DNA of 64,000 bases from Deltaproteobacteria bacterium (GCA_016182655.1 JACPGB010000047.1:48367-112366); one strand, 5' to 3'. Counted from the stretch's first letter, positions 18,879-28,190 are shown. Numbers and translations are program-made. Notes: generated by a model from the sequence alone, not told the origin.

Positions 18879-19397
18879 CTATTTGTCGACGATAAAGACG
18901 CCGGGAAGATTTCTGTGGAGCCCCTTGTAGTCCATGCCGTAGCCGACGACGAAGCCGGGGCCGATCGTGCGCCCCGCGTAGTCGACGGCGAGTCCCGAGT
19001 GAGAGTCGCGGACGAGCAGCGAGCATACCTTTATCGAGGCCGGGCCTTTTGACGAGAGATAATCGAAGACCGCGCGCGCGGTCGTCCCCCTGTCTATTAT
19101 CCCCTCGACTATAATTATATCCCGCCCCCTTACATCCGTCCCTATCTCGCCCGTTATGAGGACTTCGGAAGCGGGGCTATCCCGCTTGCCGTAGGAGGCG
19201 GCCTGGATGAATTCTATCTCGGCGTCTGCCTTGAGAGCGCGCGCGAGGTCGGAGAGAAAGACGAACGCGCCTTTCAAGACGCCGACAAGGAGCGGCGTCT
19301 TTCCGGCGTAGTCCTCGTCTATCCTTTCAGCGATAGACCCGACCGTCTCCTTTATAACAGCTGGAGAGAGAAATGGTTTGAAGTGTTCTTGCGGCAT
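18879..19397 (-). CDS. hpt: Hypoxanthine phosphoribosyltransferase
   Basis: 172 aa with the PRTase motif IVEGIIDRGTTA. Confidence 0.9.
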   Translation of the reverse strand: MPQEHFKPFLSPAVIKETVGSIAERIDEDYAGKTPLLVGVLKGAFVFLSDLARALKADAEIEFIQAASYGKRDSPASEVLITGEIGTDVRGRDIIIVEGIIDRGTTARAVFDYLSSKGPASIKVCSLLVRDSHSGLAVDYAGRTIGPGFVVGYGMDYKGLHRNLPGVFIVDK

Positions 19398-19621
19398 AAG
19401 GGAGTTCCTTCGGATACCCCAAGGATATAATCAGCGCCTTGCGGTGTCAAGGGGGGACTGTCATCTAAAAAAACTAAACCTCCGGGCCTGTCCGGCCGAA
19501 ATAAATGCCTGAGGGTTTGCGTCTATATTATCTTGAATTGCTACCGCGCATGTGCTAAATATCTGATAGGCGCGAGGTGGAGATCAGTCTCTCCCTTGGC
19601 GTCCCCAACCAAACGGAATAG

Positions 19622-20914
19622 ATGATAATCCAGTGCGATAAGTGCTCTACGAAGTTCAGGCTCGATGATTCGAGGATCACGGGCAATGGCGTCAGGGTGC
19701 GTTGCACCAAATGCCAGAACGTCTTCGTAGTCACCCCACCGCCCCCGGCGGAAGAAGTCCAGGTCGAGGAGGTCTTCGGGGTCAAACAGCCCGCGAACGC
19801 CGCCGAGCCGTCTTTCGCGGGCGCGCCGACGGCCCCCAAGCCGGAATCAAAACCCGACCTCAATCTCAAGTTCGATTTCGAAAGGCCCCCCGACGAAGAG
19901 GACGAGGCCTCAAGCAGAAGCGCCGCCCCATCCGACGAGGACGAGAGGGACCCGTTCGAATTCAAGTTCTCCCCCAATGAGACCGCTGAAAAAAAAGAGC
20001 CTGGGGACTCCGCCGAAGGCGATGACGAAGGCTTCCAGTTCAAGCCTGAGGAGTCCGGGAAGACCGCTCTCGACTTCGACTTCAACTTCGACGACACGGA
20101 AAAAACAACGGATGAGAAGGCCACTGGCGAAGATACCGCCTCTTCCGACGACTGGGGCCTCGGCGACGGGTCCGGTTCGAAGGAAGACGAAGAAGAGCGC
20201 GAGGAGGCCCCGCAGGTAAAGGCCTCTCCCATATCTGCCGCGGCCTACGCCAGGGACGCCAAGGCGGCTCCGCCCAAATCAGAGCCCTCGACCGAGGCGG
20301 AGGAAGACGACGGCGCGGCTGAGAAGGAATTTTCCGACGTACTTACCAAATCTTTGGAAAAGGACCTCGACCTCGGTCTCGATGACGCCGAGGACGACGC
20401 CAACTTGAGGGCCGCCATGGGAGCCGCAAAGCCGAAGCCCGGCAAAAAGGCTATCCTTATAGCCGTCCTCGTGTTCATAATAGGCGCGATCGTGGTCTAT
20501 TCATCCGGCATAGTCGATTCCATCGCCAAGTCCATCCTCCCCGGCTCCGAGCCAACGGCAAAGGTCGTAGAGATAGAGACGATAAACGGCTACTACGCCG
20601 AGAACGTCCTCTTCGGCAAGGTCTTCGTGATAGAGGCGAAGATAAGGAACATATCGGACGCCCCGCAAGAGATAAAGTCGGTCACGGGCATCCTCTACAA
20701 CTCCAGGGGCGAGAAGCTCACGGTTAAATCGGTCTCTCCCGGCAGGGTCGTCTCGCAGGACGATCTTAAGAACCTATCAAAAGAAGACCTCTTGAAGCAG
20801 TTCAAGGACGCTACCGGCGGCACCATTCCGTCCAAGGCCGAGGTCCCGGTCATGGTCCTCTTTACAGAGGCCCCGGCCGAGACCGTCGAGTACGGGCTCG
20901 ACATAGTCCGCTAA
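19622..20914 (+). CDS. MJ0042-type zinc-ribbon + DUF3426-like membrane protein with a long acidic disordered linker
   Basis: N-terminal MIIQCDKCSTKFRL...VRCTKCQNVF zinc ribbon. About 230 aa of D/E/P-rich low-complexity sequence. One TM helix. A C-terminal beta-rich domain. Confidence 0.6.
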   Translation: MIIQCDKCSTKFRLDDSRITGNGVRVRCTKCQNVFVVTPPPPAEEVQVEEVFGVKQPANAAEPSFAGAPTAPKPESKPDLNLKFDFERPPDEEDEASSRSAAPSDEDERDPFEFKFSPNETAEKKEPGDSAEGDDEGFQFKPEESGKTALDFDFNFDDTEKTTDEKATGEDTASSDDWGLGDGSGSKEDEEEREEAPQVKASPISAAAYARDAKAAPPKSEPSTEAEEDDGAAEKEFSDVLTKSLEKDLDLGLDDAEDDANLRAAMGAAKPKPGKKAILIAVLVFIIGAIVVYSSGIVDSIAKSILPGSEPTAKVVEIETINGYYAENVLFGKVFVIEAKIRNISDAPQEIKSVTGILYNSRGEKLTVKSVSPGRVVSQDDLKNLSKEDLLKQFKDATGGTIPSKAEVPVMVLFTEAPAETVEYGLDIVR

Positions 20915-20936
20915 CCTCGCACATCCCATTTAAAAA

Positions 20937-21683
20937 ATGAAGGACCTCGAAGAGTTCGTCGAAAAGCTCTTGAGCGATCTTGCCGCCCTTCCGGAGGAGA
21001 AGATGAGGCTCGACCTCCTCGGCAGGAGGCTCTCTCATCTCACTCCAGATGACTCGGCGCGCGCAATTGATATCATCTATAAAAAGGGAACCGAGACCGG
21101 GCACGCGAAAAAGGCGGCGTCTCTCCTTGTAAACCCCGATGGGCTTAAATCGGTGCTTGGAGCCGACAGGTACAGGCTCATTTACCTCGCTTCGATCGAG
21201 CTCGGGCTTGTAAAGGTATCGAGGCTCTTTACCGACCTCCCGCCGCTTAAAAAAGGGCTCTCCGGCTACCAGACAGAGGAGGAGGGGCCGATGGAGCTTA
21301 TAAGCCTCGGCGAGCGGCGCGCCCTCTCGAAGAGGCCGGTCAAGGAGACCATAGACAGGCTCCTCTCGGACCCGGACACGATGGTCATAGGGAACATACT
21401 CAACAACCCGAGGACGACGGAGAAAGAGGTCTTGAAGGTCGCCTCGAAGAGGGCGAACTCACCGGCTATATTGAAGCTTGTAGCCGTCCACAGGAAGTGG
21501 TCGAAGAGGTACGATGTGCGGAAGGCGATAGCCCTTAATCCCTACTCGCCGCCGAGGGTAACGGTTGCACTCCTTGAGGGGCTCATGACGCAGGACCTCC
21601 GGGCGGTTGCGGAGGACAAGACCCTGCACTCGCAGGTCAGGGAGGCGGCAAGGGATATCGTTAAGGAGCGGGAAGGGGAGTAG
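20937..21683 (+). CDS. Hypothetical protein (alpha-helical), possible operon partner of the zinc-ribbon/DUF3426 gene
   Basis: 248 aa with no recognisable catalytic motifs. Starts 22 nt after the upstream stop. Confidence 0.45.
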   Translation: MKDLEEFVEKLLSDLAALPEEKMRLDLLGRRLSHLTPDDSARAIDIIYKKGTETGHAKKAASLLVNPDGLKSVLGADRYRLIYLASIELGLVKVSRLFTDLPPLKKGLSGYQTEEEGPMELISLGERRALSKRPVKETIDRLLSDPDTMVIGNILNNPRTTEKEVLKVASKRANSPAILKLVAVHRKWSKRYDVRKAIALNPYSPPRVTVALLEGLMTQDLRAVAEDKTLHSQVREAARDIVKEREGE

Positions 21684-21689
21684 GCAGGA

Positions 21690-22430
21690 CGCCTTTCTTT
21701 GGATAGGCGGGACTTTCCAGTCCCGCAGTAACCTCTCGCTTTCTTGACGGGATAGGGTTGAGTAAAGGAAGAAAAAATCTTCTCACCCCCATCCCGACCT
21801 TCCCCCGGCAAGGGGGAAGGAGTTAGATAAGTCGTCATTCCCGCTAAAGCGGGAAGCCAGCTCTAAAACGACACCTCCCCACCTCCCCTTGTAAAAAGGG
21901 GAGGAGATAAACAGCTCCCCTCCTTGACAAGGAGGGGCCGGGGGAGGTCGTCTTAACCCCGTCTCGGAAATGAGATACCCCGCCGAAGTGGGGGTGTCTT
22001 CTAATACCTCCCCTCCCTCGACGGGAGGGGACTGAGGCGCGCGGCGCAGGGCCAAAGCAGGTACGGAGCCTCCTGATAAATCAATCCTCTGTGGCGCGAT
22101 ACCGAATTGCCCGCCCGGCCGGTCTTCACCCCCATCCTGACCTTCCCCCATCAAGGGGGAAGGAGTTTTTCCACGCGTTTCAAGCGGATCTGTGTCTTGA
22201 TCAGCACCGGCACAACATGGGCGCGTGTGGCTGTACGAATTAAAGGGTTCAGGTTGCAACCCTGAAGCCGCAATCAGCTATAGGAATCTAATAGGACTAA
22301 CCGCTCCAACACCGTCATTCCCGCGAAAGCGGGAATCCAGCGTCTTCATATTAGACCTCCCCTCCCTTGACGGGAGGGGATAAAGGGGAGGGTGAGTAAC
22401 CTCAAAATAAAAAACCCGCCTTTCAGCGGG
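21690..22430. repeat. Largest mosaic block of palindromic repeat modules, including an inverted ~90-nt element (about 22036-22112) and two GTCATTCCCGC-GAAA-GCGGGAAT hairpins
   Basis: About 740 bp without a credible CDS. The ORF-track ORFs 21783..22259 and 21542..21838 are artefacts. Confidence 0.7.
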
Positions 22431-22461
22431 TTTTGGTATTATTAACTTTGAGAGACGGGCT

Positions 22462-22668
22462 TCAGGCGTTCTTGGTCTTTTCGTTCCGTTTGGAGTCGAG
22501 CCGTTCCTTTTCAGGGGTCACATCTATTTCGGCATCGCTCGAAGCCTTCTTGAAGTTCTTTATCGCCTTGCCCATGCCGGAGCCGATATCCGGGAGCTTG
22601 CCGACGCCGAAGACGATGAGGACTATTACGAGTATTACGATGAGCTCGGTCGTGCCTAATCCGAACAT
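22462..22668 (-). CDS. tatA: Twin-arginine translocase subunit TatA/E
   Basis: 68 aa. N-terminal TM plus amphipathic helix ([20 protein letters not shown]...KLP). GGAG RBS. Confidence 0.85.
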   Translation of the reverse strand: MFGLGTTELIVILVIVLIVFGVGKLPDIGSGMGKAIKNFKKASSDAEIDVTPEKERLDSKRNEKTKNA

Positions 22669-22792
22669 TGTTTATCTCCGCGTTTAAATGTAAAATAGAG
22701 GAAAGGACCGAACAGCCAAGGGCTCTTGTTTAAATACCCTCTGGCCCCCGGCCTCTTGTAAGATGAATTAATCTTGACAGAATCGGAGTTGC

Positions 22793-23809
22793 ATGTCAAC
22801 AAAAACTTTCCCGCAAAATGACGGCGGGGGCGAAAATCTCTTTATATTCCTTGGGCTTTCGCTCGTCATCCATCTGGTCGCGCTCATCATTTTCTACGCC
22901 TTCGCGCCTCTGCGGGATACTCTCCTTAAGGCCATACCGGGTAAGGAACCTATAATCGTCGATGTGATAGACCTGCCGCCGGGCAAGGGGTCTACTATCC
23001 CGCCGAAGCGCCCGACATTCTTCGCGGACAGGAACCAGAATGTTGCGAAAGAGACATTCCCTGATGTGAAGGCTGGTAAGGGCATGCTGATAGTCCCCAG
23101 GCCCGAGCCCAAACCTGAGCCTTACGCGCCTCCTCAAGGGGGGGCGAATGGGGGGGGCAGGGTCGCTTCGAAGCCTTCTGGAGAGACGCCTGCCAAGTCA
23201 GTTGAAAAAGAGACCATCGGCAAGACCATCCCCGGAGAGGATACTGTTGCGATGAAAGGGAGCGAGACGGAAAAGCCCTCCTCAACGCAAGCGCCGTCTT
23301 TTGTTCCGCCAGCGACTTCCGGCGAAGGCGCGGGCTCTGGAACGGCCGATGGCAAAGGCACGGCCACGACAAAGATCCAGCCCCCGAGACCGAACCTATT
23401 TCTGACCGACGACCGGATAGCAGAGCTTACCAAGAAGTACGAGTCAGAGGCCCCGAAGGGCGAAAAGGGAAAGACCCTTCAGCTCAACACCTCTGAGCTT
23501 CGGTATCAAAAGTATCTCGTAAATATGAAAAATAGGATAGAATCGAGGTGGGATTATCCGGAGGCGGCATCCAGGAACGGCTGGCAGGGGCTCCTTCGTA
23601 TCGACTTCGCGATAAACAAGGATGGGTCGTTGAAGGATGTGAAGCTCGTCAAATCCTCGAACTACCCGGCGCTCGACGACGCGGCGATAACGGCCTTGCG
23701 CCTCGCGTCGCCCTTCCCGCCTTTCCCGGATGACTTCGGCATAGAGGAGATAAACATCAAGGGGTCGTTCGAGTATGTCATCTACGCGCCTCCCCCGGGG
23801 AGGAGATAG
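22793..23809 (+). CDS. TonB-family energy transducer
   Basis: N-terminal TM anchor, a Pro-rich spacer and a C-terminal TonB domain (LLRIDFAINKDGSLKDVKLVKSSNYPALDDAAITAL). Confidence 0.75.
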   Translation: MSTKTFPQNDGGGENLFIFLGLSLVIHLVALIIFYAFAPLRDTLLKAIPGKEPIIVDVIDLPPGKGSTIPPKRPTFFADRNQNVAKETFPDVKAGKGMLIVPRPEPKPEPYAPPQGGANGGGRVASKPSGETPAKSVEKETIGKTIPGEDTVAMKGSETEKPSSTQAPSFVPPATSGEGAGSGTADGKGTATTKIQPPRPNLFLTDDRIAELTKKYESEAPKGEKGKTLQLNTSELRYQKYLVNMKNRIESRWDYPEAASRNGWQGLLRIDFAINKDGSLKDVKLVKSSNYPALDDAAITALRLASPFPPFPDDFGIEEINIKGSFEYVIYAPPPGRR

Positions 23810-23884
23810 AAAAAGAAAACCCGTTTGTCAGTGGATGAGATATAATGTGGTCGGGCTGAACGAAGTGAAGCCCCGATAGAAGTT

Positions 23885-23955
23885 GTAGGGTGGGCTCCGC
23901 CCACCATCATTGATTTTGAGGTTTTTTTTGGTGGGCGCAGCCCACCTACCATACC
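23885..23955. repeat. Twin-hairpin element: (GGTGGGC-n3-GCCCACC) x2 separated by a T-rich spacer
   Basis: A second copy lies at 25230-25300. The first hairpin plus the U-tract may act as a tonB terminator. Confidence 0.6.
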
Positions 23956-23983
23956 GAGTTCGAAAACACAAAAGGAGGCGTTT

Positions 23984-24289
23984 GTGAAAAACCCGCTCAA
24001 GAAACTTGTAAAAAAACCCGACCTTAAGACAAGGGTGCACAACGAGCTTGCGAAGGTGCAGAAAAATCTCGAGAAGGAACTCAAGGTCGTCGGAACCAAA
24101 TTCAACAAGGAACTGCAGGCGCTAAAAAAGACCGGCAAGAAGATAGAGATCGAAAAAGAGCTTCAGGTCCTTAAGAAAAAAGGCGACAGCCTCCTTGCCG
24201 ATATGAAGAAGACGACGGACAGGGTCATGTCAGAGGTAAAAAAGGATTATAACCTGGTACTTGCGGATGTGAAAAAGAGGCTCAAGTAA
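23984..24289 (+). CDS. Lys-rich coiled-coil small hypothetical protein
   Basis: 101 aa, about 30% Lys with heptad-like repeats. AAGGAGG RBS upstream. Confidence 0.4.
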   Translation: MKNPLKKLVKKPDLKTRVHNELAKVQKNLEKELKVVGTKFNKELQALKKTGKKIEIEKELQVLKKKGDSLLADMKKTTDRVMSEVKKDYNLVLADVKKRLK

Positions 24290-24426
24290 GATAGGGTTGT
24301 CCTGTTATCAAAACGCAAACGCCCGCCGGGCTTCCGGTGGGCGTTTGTTTTTTATAATGACTACATTATGACTTAGCCTCCCCTCCCTTGACGGGAGGGG
24401 ATAGAGGGGAGGGTGAAATACCCACC

Positions 24427-25173
24427 TCACCCCTTTACCTCTATCGACGCCCCCGGGTCGAACGGGTTCTTCCGCGCGGCCATCGAGAAGAGATACGGGT
24501 AGCTCTTCTTGAGATACTTCATGTAAAAAATCCACTCGGTGACGAGGAGGCCGCAGACCCTCTTCAAATCCCCCTCGATGTGTTTAAGGTCCGCCTCGGT
24601 GAGCCCCTTCAAATCCTTCCTCCCCTCAAGCTCATCGAATACATGAAAGACGGCGCGGAGGAGCTCAGTGAAAGAATCGTGTTCAAGGAGGTTCGGGTTC
24701 TGGAGGAGCGTCAGGAGGAACTCCTTTTTGTCGTGAAGGAGGGCCTTCAAACCTTCGAGCTCTCCGTTGAACCCCAGAATCGAAAAATCCGTCTTTCCCG
24801 AAGAGCGCGCCGCGCGCTTGAAGTCCGCGCCCGTCCAGTCCTTTACGCCGGAAAGCTCTTTAAGATGCCCGTCCTTAAGCGCACCCTTCTCGACGAACAC
24901 CCTCAGGAGCTCGGTGCCGAGTTCGCTGAAAAAGACGCCTATGGCCATGTTCATCTTCTCCATCATGGCCCGCTTTTCCCGGACGCTCAATATCCTCTCG
25001 ATGATGACGGTGACGATCAATACCTGGACCGGGACAAAGGCGAGGTCCTGAAGGAGGTAGAAGAAGGTGTCCCTGGGCGCCTCAAACAAGGTTATCTGCA
25101 GCCCGTAGAGCACGGCCGAGAGCGCGACGAGCCCAGCCCCGAGCGCGAGCATGTATGCGGTGTGCTTTTTCAT
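24427..25173 (-). CDS. Hypothetical membrane protein (three N-terminal TM helices and a cytoplasmic helical domain)
   Basis: 248 aa, no recognisable family. Confidence 0.45.
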   Translation of the reverse strand: MKKHTAYMLALGAGLVALSAVLYGLQITLFEAPRDTFFYLLQDLAFVPVQVLIVTVIIERILSVREKRAMMEKMNMAIGVFFSELGTELLRVFVEKGALKDGHLKELSGVKDWTGADFKRAARSSGKTDFSILGFNGELEGLKALLHDKKEFLLTLLQNPNLLEHDSFTELLRAVFHVFDELEGRKDLKGLTEADLKHIEGDLKRVCGLLVTEWIFYMKYLKKSYPYLFSMAARKNPFDPGASIEVKG

Positions 25174-25229
25174 GGCGTTAGCGATACTAACATAAATCGT
25201 TTGTTGGGGAAAAGAGAAAGGGGAAGAGA

Positions 25230-25412
25230 TGTTGTTGTAGGGTGGGCTCCGCTCACCGCTGTTGATTTGATTTATTATTTTTGGTGGGCATGGCCCACCC
25301 TGTTTTCGTCATTGCGAGGAGCTGTCCTCGCCGGACCGGCAAAGCCAGACCAAGCGGTTGTGCCTAAAAAAGTCTACTGGCTCCGATTTGGCTTTGGCCG
25401 CGCGCCGAGCGC
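25230..25412. repeat. Second twin-hairpin element copy followed by a plus-oriented ~90-nt element (25325-25412)
   Basis: gtagggtgggctccgctcacc...ggtgggcatggcccacc, then gtcctcgccggaccggcaaagcc...gcgcgccgagcg. Confidence 0.6.
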
Positions 25413-25459
25413 AAGCGACGAAGCAATCTCAAGGGCTTGGTTTAAAAAAATGGGGCGGA

Positions 25460-25921
25460 TTATTTCCACATTCTCGAATCAAATTGGAACGGTTCTGGTT
25501 TTTCGATGTTGATCCTATTGAAATCCGGATGGTTTGGATTCAAAAGGAAGTTATATTCGTCAGGCACTATTACCGTAGGGACTTGAAGCACCGGAGAACT
25601 CGTTGATTTTACCCATTCAGTTCCAATAATCCTTGTTGAGTCGTTTGGAGGCTGCATGTTCCAGTCCTCTGGAAGCTGTGCCATGCTTATTTTCTCAATC
25701 TTCAGGTCGTCAGGCACTTCGATTGTGAAGTAAACAAATTCGATGTGCTTACGCTCTTCTCCGATATGGACAAAATATTCAAGGGCGGCCAGTGAGCGGC
25801 TTTGCGCCGTATATATCATTTTTATGCCGGCGAAATTCCATCTGCCGGGATACAGGCGCGCGCCTTCCCCGTCAAAAGCATTGGCACCGTGCTTCCGCTT
25901 GACAATCCTGTATACGGTCAA
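25460..25921 (-). CDS. RES-domain toxin (RES-Xre TA system)
   Basis: 153 aa with the RES-family signature arrangement (R...Y...S...E). Overlaps the antitoxin gene by 4 nt. Confidence 0.75.
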   Translation of the reverse strand: MTVYRIVKRKHGANAFDGEGARLYPGRWNFAGIKMIYTAQSRSLAALEYFVHIGEERKHIEFVYFTIEVPDDLKIEKISMAQLPEDWNMQPPNDSTRIIGTEWVKSTSSPVLQVPTVIVPDEYNFLLNPNHPDFNRINIEKPEPFQFDSRMWK

Positions 25922-26349
25922 TCAAGCACTCCGTATTCTATTCGCCCCAGAAGATTCTCAACTTCTTTCTCCCCGGCTTCGGTTTGGATCATCTCAAGGG
26001 GCCTGCGTCCGCCAAGCCCGATCTGTTCACGATTAAGCCATTTTATGGCCATATCACCGTCTTCAAAGACCTCGACTGCAAGCGTGTAGATTTTAGCGAG
26101 CCTGAACAATCTGTCGCTTTCGACTGGAGACATCCTGCGCTCTGATTTTCTTCGCATCATCGTTCGCACGCTCATCCCGAGAAAGTCGGCAAATTGATCA
26201 TCCTTAAGCCCCAGGATTTGCTTAATGTGTTTTCCGGCATTCCATGGTATGCCCTGTCGGATGACTTGATCAAAATCTATCGTATTCTTGATCTTATGGT
26301 GCAGGGCTTTTTCTCCGCCAAGAGAGGCGGCTATTTGTTGCACGGTCAT
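25918..26349 (-). CDS. Xre/MbcA/ParS-type antitoxin (DUF2384-like C-terminal toxin-binding domain)
   Basis: 143 aa encoded immediately upstream of the RES toxin in the same operon. Confidence 0.7.
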   Translation of the reverse strand: MTVQQIAASLGGEKALHHKIKNTIDFDQVIRQGIPWNAGKHIKQILGLKDDQFADFLGMSVRTMMRRKSERRMSPVESDRLFRLAKIYTLAVEVFEDGDMAIKWLNREQIGLGGRRPLEMIQTEAGEKEVENLLGRIEYGVLD

Positions 26350-26367
26350 ATATCACCTCGCATACAT

Positions 26368-26379
26368 TGACATTTGTCA
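26368..26379. promoter_or_regulatory. Perfect palindrome TGACAtttGTCA between the -10 element and the antitoxin start codon; candidate operator
   Basis: Sits between the predicted -10 (26382-26387) and the ATG (26349). Confidence 0.4.
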
Positions 26380-26381
26380 TA

Positions 26382-26410
26382 ATTATAGGTGAAAAATGGC
26401 ATTTAGTCAA
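26382..26410 (-). promoter_or_regulatory. Sigma70-like promoter of the RES-Xre operon (TTGACT-17-TATAAT)
   Basis: Minus strand: -35 at 26405-26410, -10 at 26382-26387. Confidence 0.55.
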
Positions 26411-26439
26411 GACGGCAAAAGTAAAATAAAAAAAAACGG

Positions 26440-26466
26440 GCCCTTTCGGGCCCGCCCATTCATTTT
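26440..26466 (-). terminator. Intrinsic terminator (GGGCCC-gaaa-GGGCCC followed by U9) downstream of gcvPB
   Basis: Perfect 6-7 bp GC stem followed by a T-run on the minus strand. An A-run on the other side makes it bidirectional. Confidence 0.7.
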
Positions 26467-26484
26467 TTATTACCAGTAACCGCC

Positions 26485-27963
26485 TTACTTCTTCACCCAC
26501 CTCAAGACCGGCTCCCTCGCCGCCCGGGTCTCGTCGACCCTTCTGACCTTCGTCTTTGTCGGCGCGTTCTTAAGTAGCTCGGGGTTGGTCCTGGCCTCTT
26601 CGGCTATCGCCTTCATCGCCTCTACAAACCTGTCCATCGTCTCCTTCGTCTCGGTCTCGGTCGGCTCGATCATTATCGCTCCGTGGACGACGAGCGGGAA
26701 GTAGACCGTCGGCGGGTGGAAGCCGTAGTCAATGAGCCTCTTGGCCACATCCAGCGTGGTGACGCCGTGGCCGAGTAGGTTTTTATCCGAAAAGACGGAC
26801 TCGTGCATGCACGGCTCGTTATACGCGAGGTGATAGGTATCCTTGAGCCGTTCCTTTATATAATTGGCGTTCAAAATCGCGGTCTCGCTCGCCCTCTTCA
26901 AGCCCTCTCCGCCCATCCTTCTTATATAGGCGTAGGCGCGGACCATTATCGAGAAGTTCCCGTAAAAGGCCTTAAGCCTCCCGATGGACTTCGGGCGATC
27001 GTACTCAAGCGAGTACTTCCCCCTCGACTTCTTTACGCGCGGCGCGGGGAGGAACGGCTCGAGCGCCTTCTTAACGCCTACAGGGCCGCTTCCTGGCCCG
27101 CCGCCGCCGTGCGGGGTCGAGAATGTCTTATGGAGGTTGAACTGTATGACATCAACGCCGATTGAGCCGAGGTTCACAAGCCCCATGAGGGCGTTAAGGT
27201 TCGCGCCGTCACAATAGAGGAAGCCGCCCTTTGAGTGGACGACCTTGGCTATCTCTTTTATGTTCTTTTCGAACAACCCGATGGTGTTCGGGTTCGTGAC
27301 CATGAGCCCGGCGGTGTCTTCGTCCATCACCGCCTTTATCGCATCGACCGAGAGCGCCCCCTTGCCCTCTGACTTTACGGGCACCACCTTGAAGCCCGCA
27401 AGGTGCGAAGACGCCGGGTTCGTGCCGTGCGCGGTATCCGGTATTATTATCTTGGTCCTGGCCTTGCCCTTGTCCTTGAAATACGCGGCCATCATGAGGA
27501 GGCCGCATAGCTCGCCGTGCGCCCCGGCCGAGGGCTGGAGCGTCACCGCGTCCATGCCGCTTATTTCCGCGAGATACTCCTCAAGCTCGTACATGAGCTC
27601 GAGTGCGCCCTGAACGAGCTCTTCCGGTTCATACGGGTGTATCATCGAGAGGCCCGGCAATCTGCAAAGCGCCTCGTTGACCTTCGGGTTGTACTTCATG
27701 GTGCAGGAGCCGAGCGGGTAGAAGCCCGAGTCAACTCCGAAGTTCCACTGGGATAGCCTCGTGTAATGGCGGACCGCGTCCATCTCCGAGACCTCGGGGA
27801 AGCCGTCTATCCTGTCACGAAGAAGCCCGGCGGGCAAAAGCCCCTTGGGGTCAGCCTCCGGGATGTCGAACTCCGCCGGGGCGACACCCATGCGGCCAAC
27901 GGACGACCTTTCGAATATGAGGGGCTCGTCCAAAAGAAGCCCTTTTATGCCGTTATCGTTCAT
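26485..27963 (-). CDS. gcvPB: Glycine dehydrogenase (aminomethyl-transferring) subunit 2
   Basis: 492 aa. PLP-dependent fold with the conserved HxNLHKTF lysine motif. Confidence 0.9.
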   Translation of the reverse strand: MNDNGIKGLLLDEPLIFERSSVGRMGVAPAEFDIPEADPKGLLPAGLLRDRIDGFPEVSEMDAVRHYTRLSQWNFGVDSGFYPLGSCTMKYNPKVNEALCRLPGLSMIHPYEPEELVQGALELMYELEEYLAEISGMDAVTLQPSAGAHGELCGLLMMAAYFKDKGKARTKIIIPDTAHGTNPASSHLAGFKVVPVKSEGKGALSVDAIKAVMDEDTAGLMVTNPNTIGLFEKNIKEIAKVVHSKGGFLYCDGANLNALMGLVNLGSIGVDVIQFNLHKTFSTPHGGGGPGSGPVGVKKALEPFLPAPRVKKSRGKYSLEYDRPKSIGRLKAFYGNFSIMVRAYAYIRRMGGEGLKRASETAILNANYIKERLKDTYHLAYNEPCMHESVFSDKNLLGHGVTTLDVAKRLIDYGFHPPTVYFPLVVHGAIMIEPTETETKETMDRFVEAMKAIAEEARTNPELLKNAPTKTKVRRVDETRAAREPVLRWVKK

Positions 27964-28009
27964 CTTATTCTCTTAGGAGACACTCCGCTGAATTACTTGA
28001 AGCCTTAAA

Positions 28010-28190
28010 AACCACCCCTCCCAACCTCCCCTTGTTAAGGGGAGGAGATAAAACGCGAAACCCCTTCGTCCATCTCAGCTCCCCTCCTTACCAAGGAGGG
28101 GCAAGGGGAGGTCGTATTTCTTTTCACTCCGGAGAGGGAGTTCCACCCTCCCCTCTATCCCCTCCCGTCAAGGGAGGGGAGCTTTACAAA
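28010..28190. repeat. Palindromic repeat modules between gcvPB and gcvPA
   Basis: cctccccttgttaaggggaggag; cccctccttaccaaggaggggcaaggggagg; ccctcccctctatcccctcccgtcaagggagggga. Confidence 0.7.

Noticed and set aside
21542-22259. ORFs 21783..22259(-) of 158 aa and 21542..21838(-) in the largest repeat mosaic
   Set aside because: Translation of hairpin repeats (GEGQDGGE and similar). No start context. Read on both strands they give the same repeat-derived peptides as ORFs 10836..11201 and 15847..16098.
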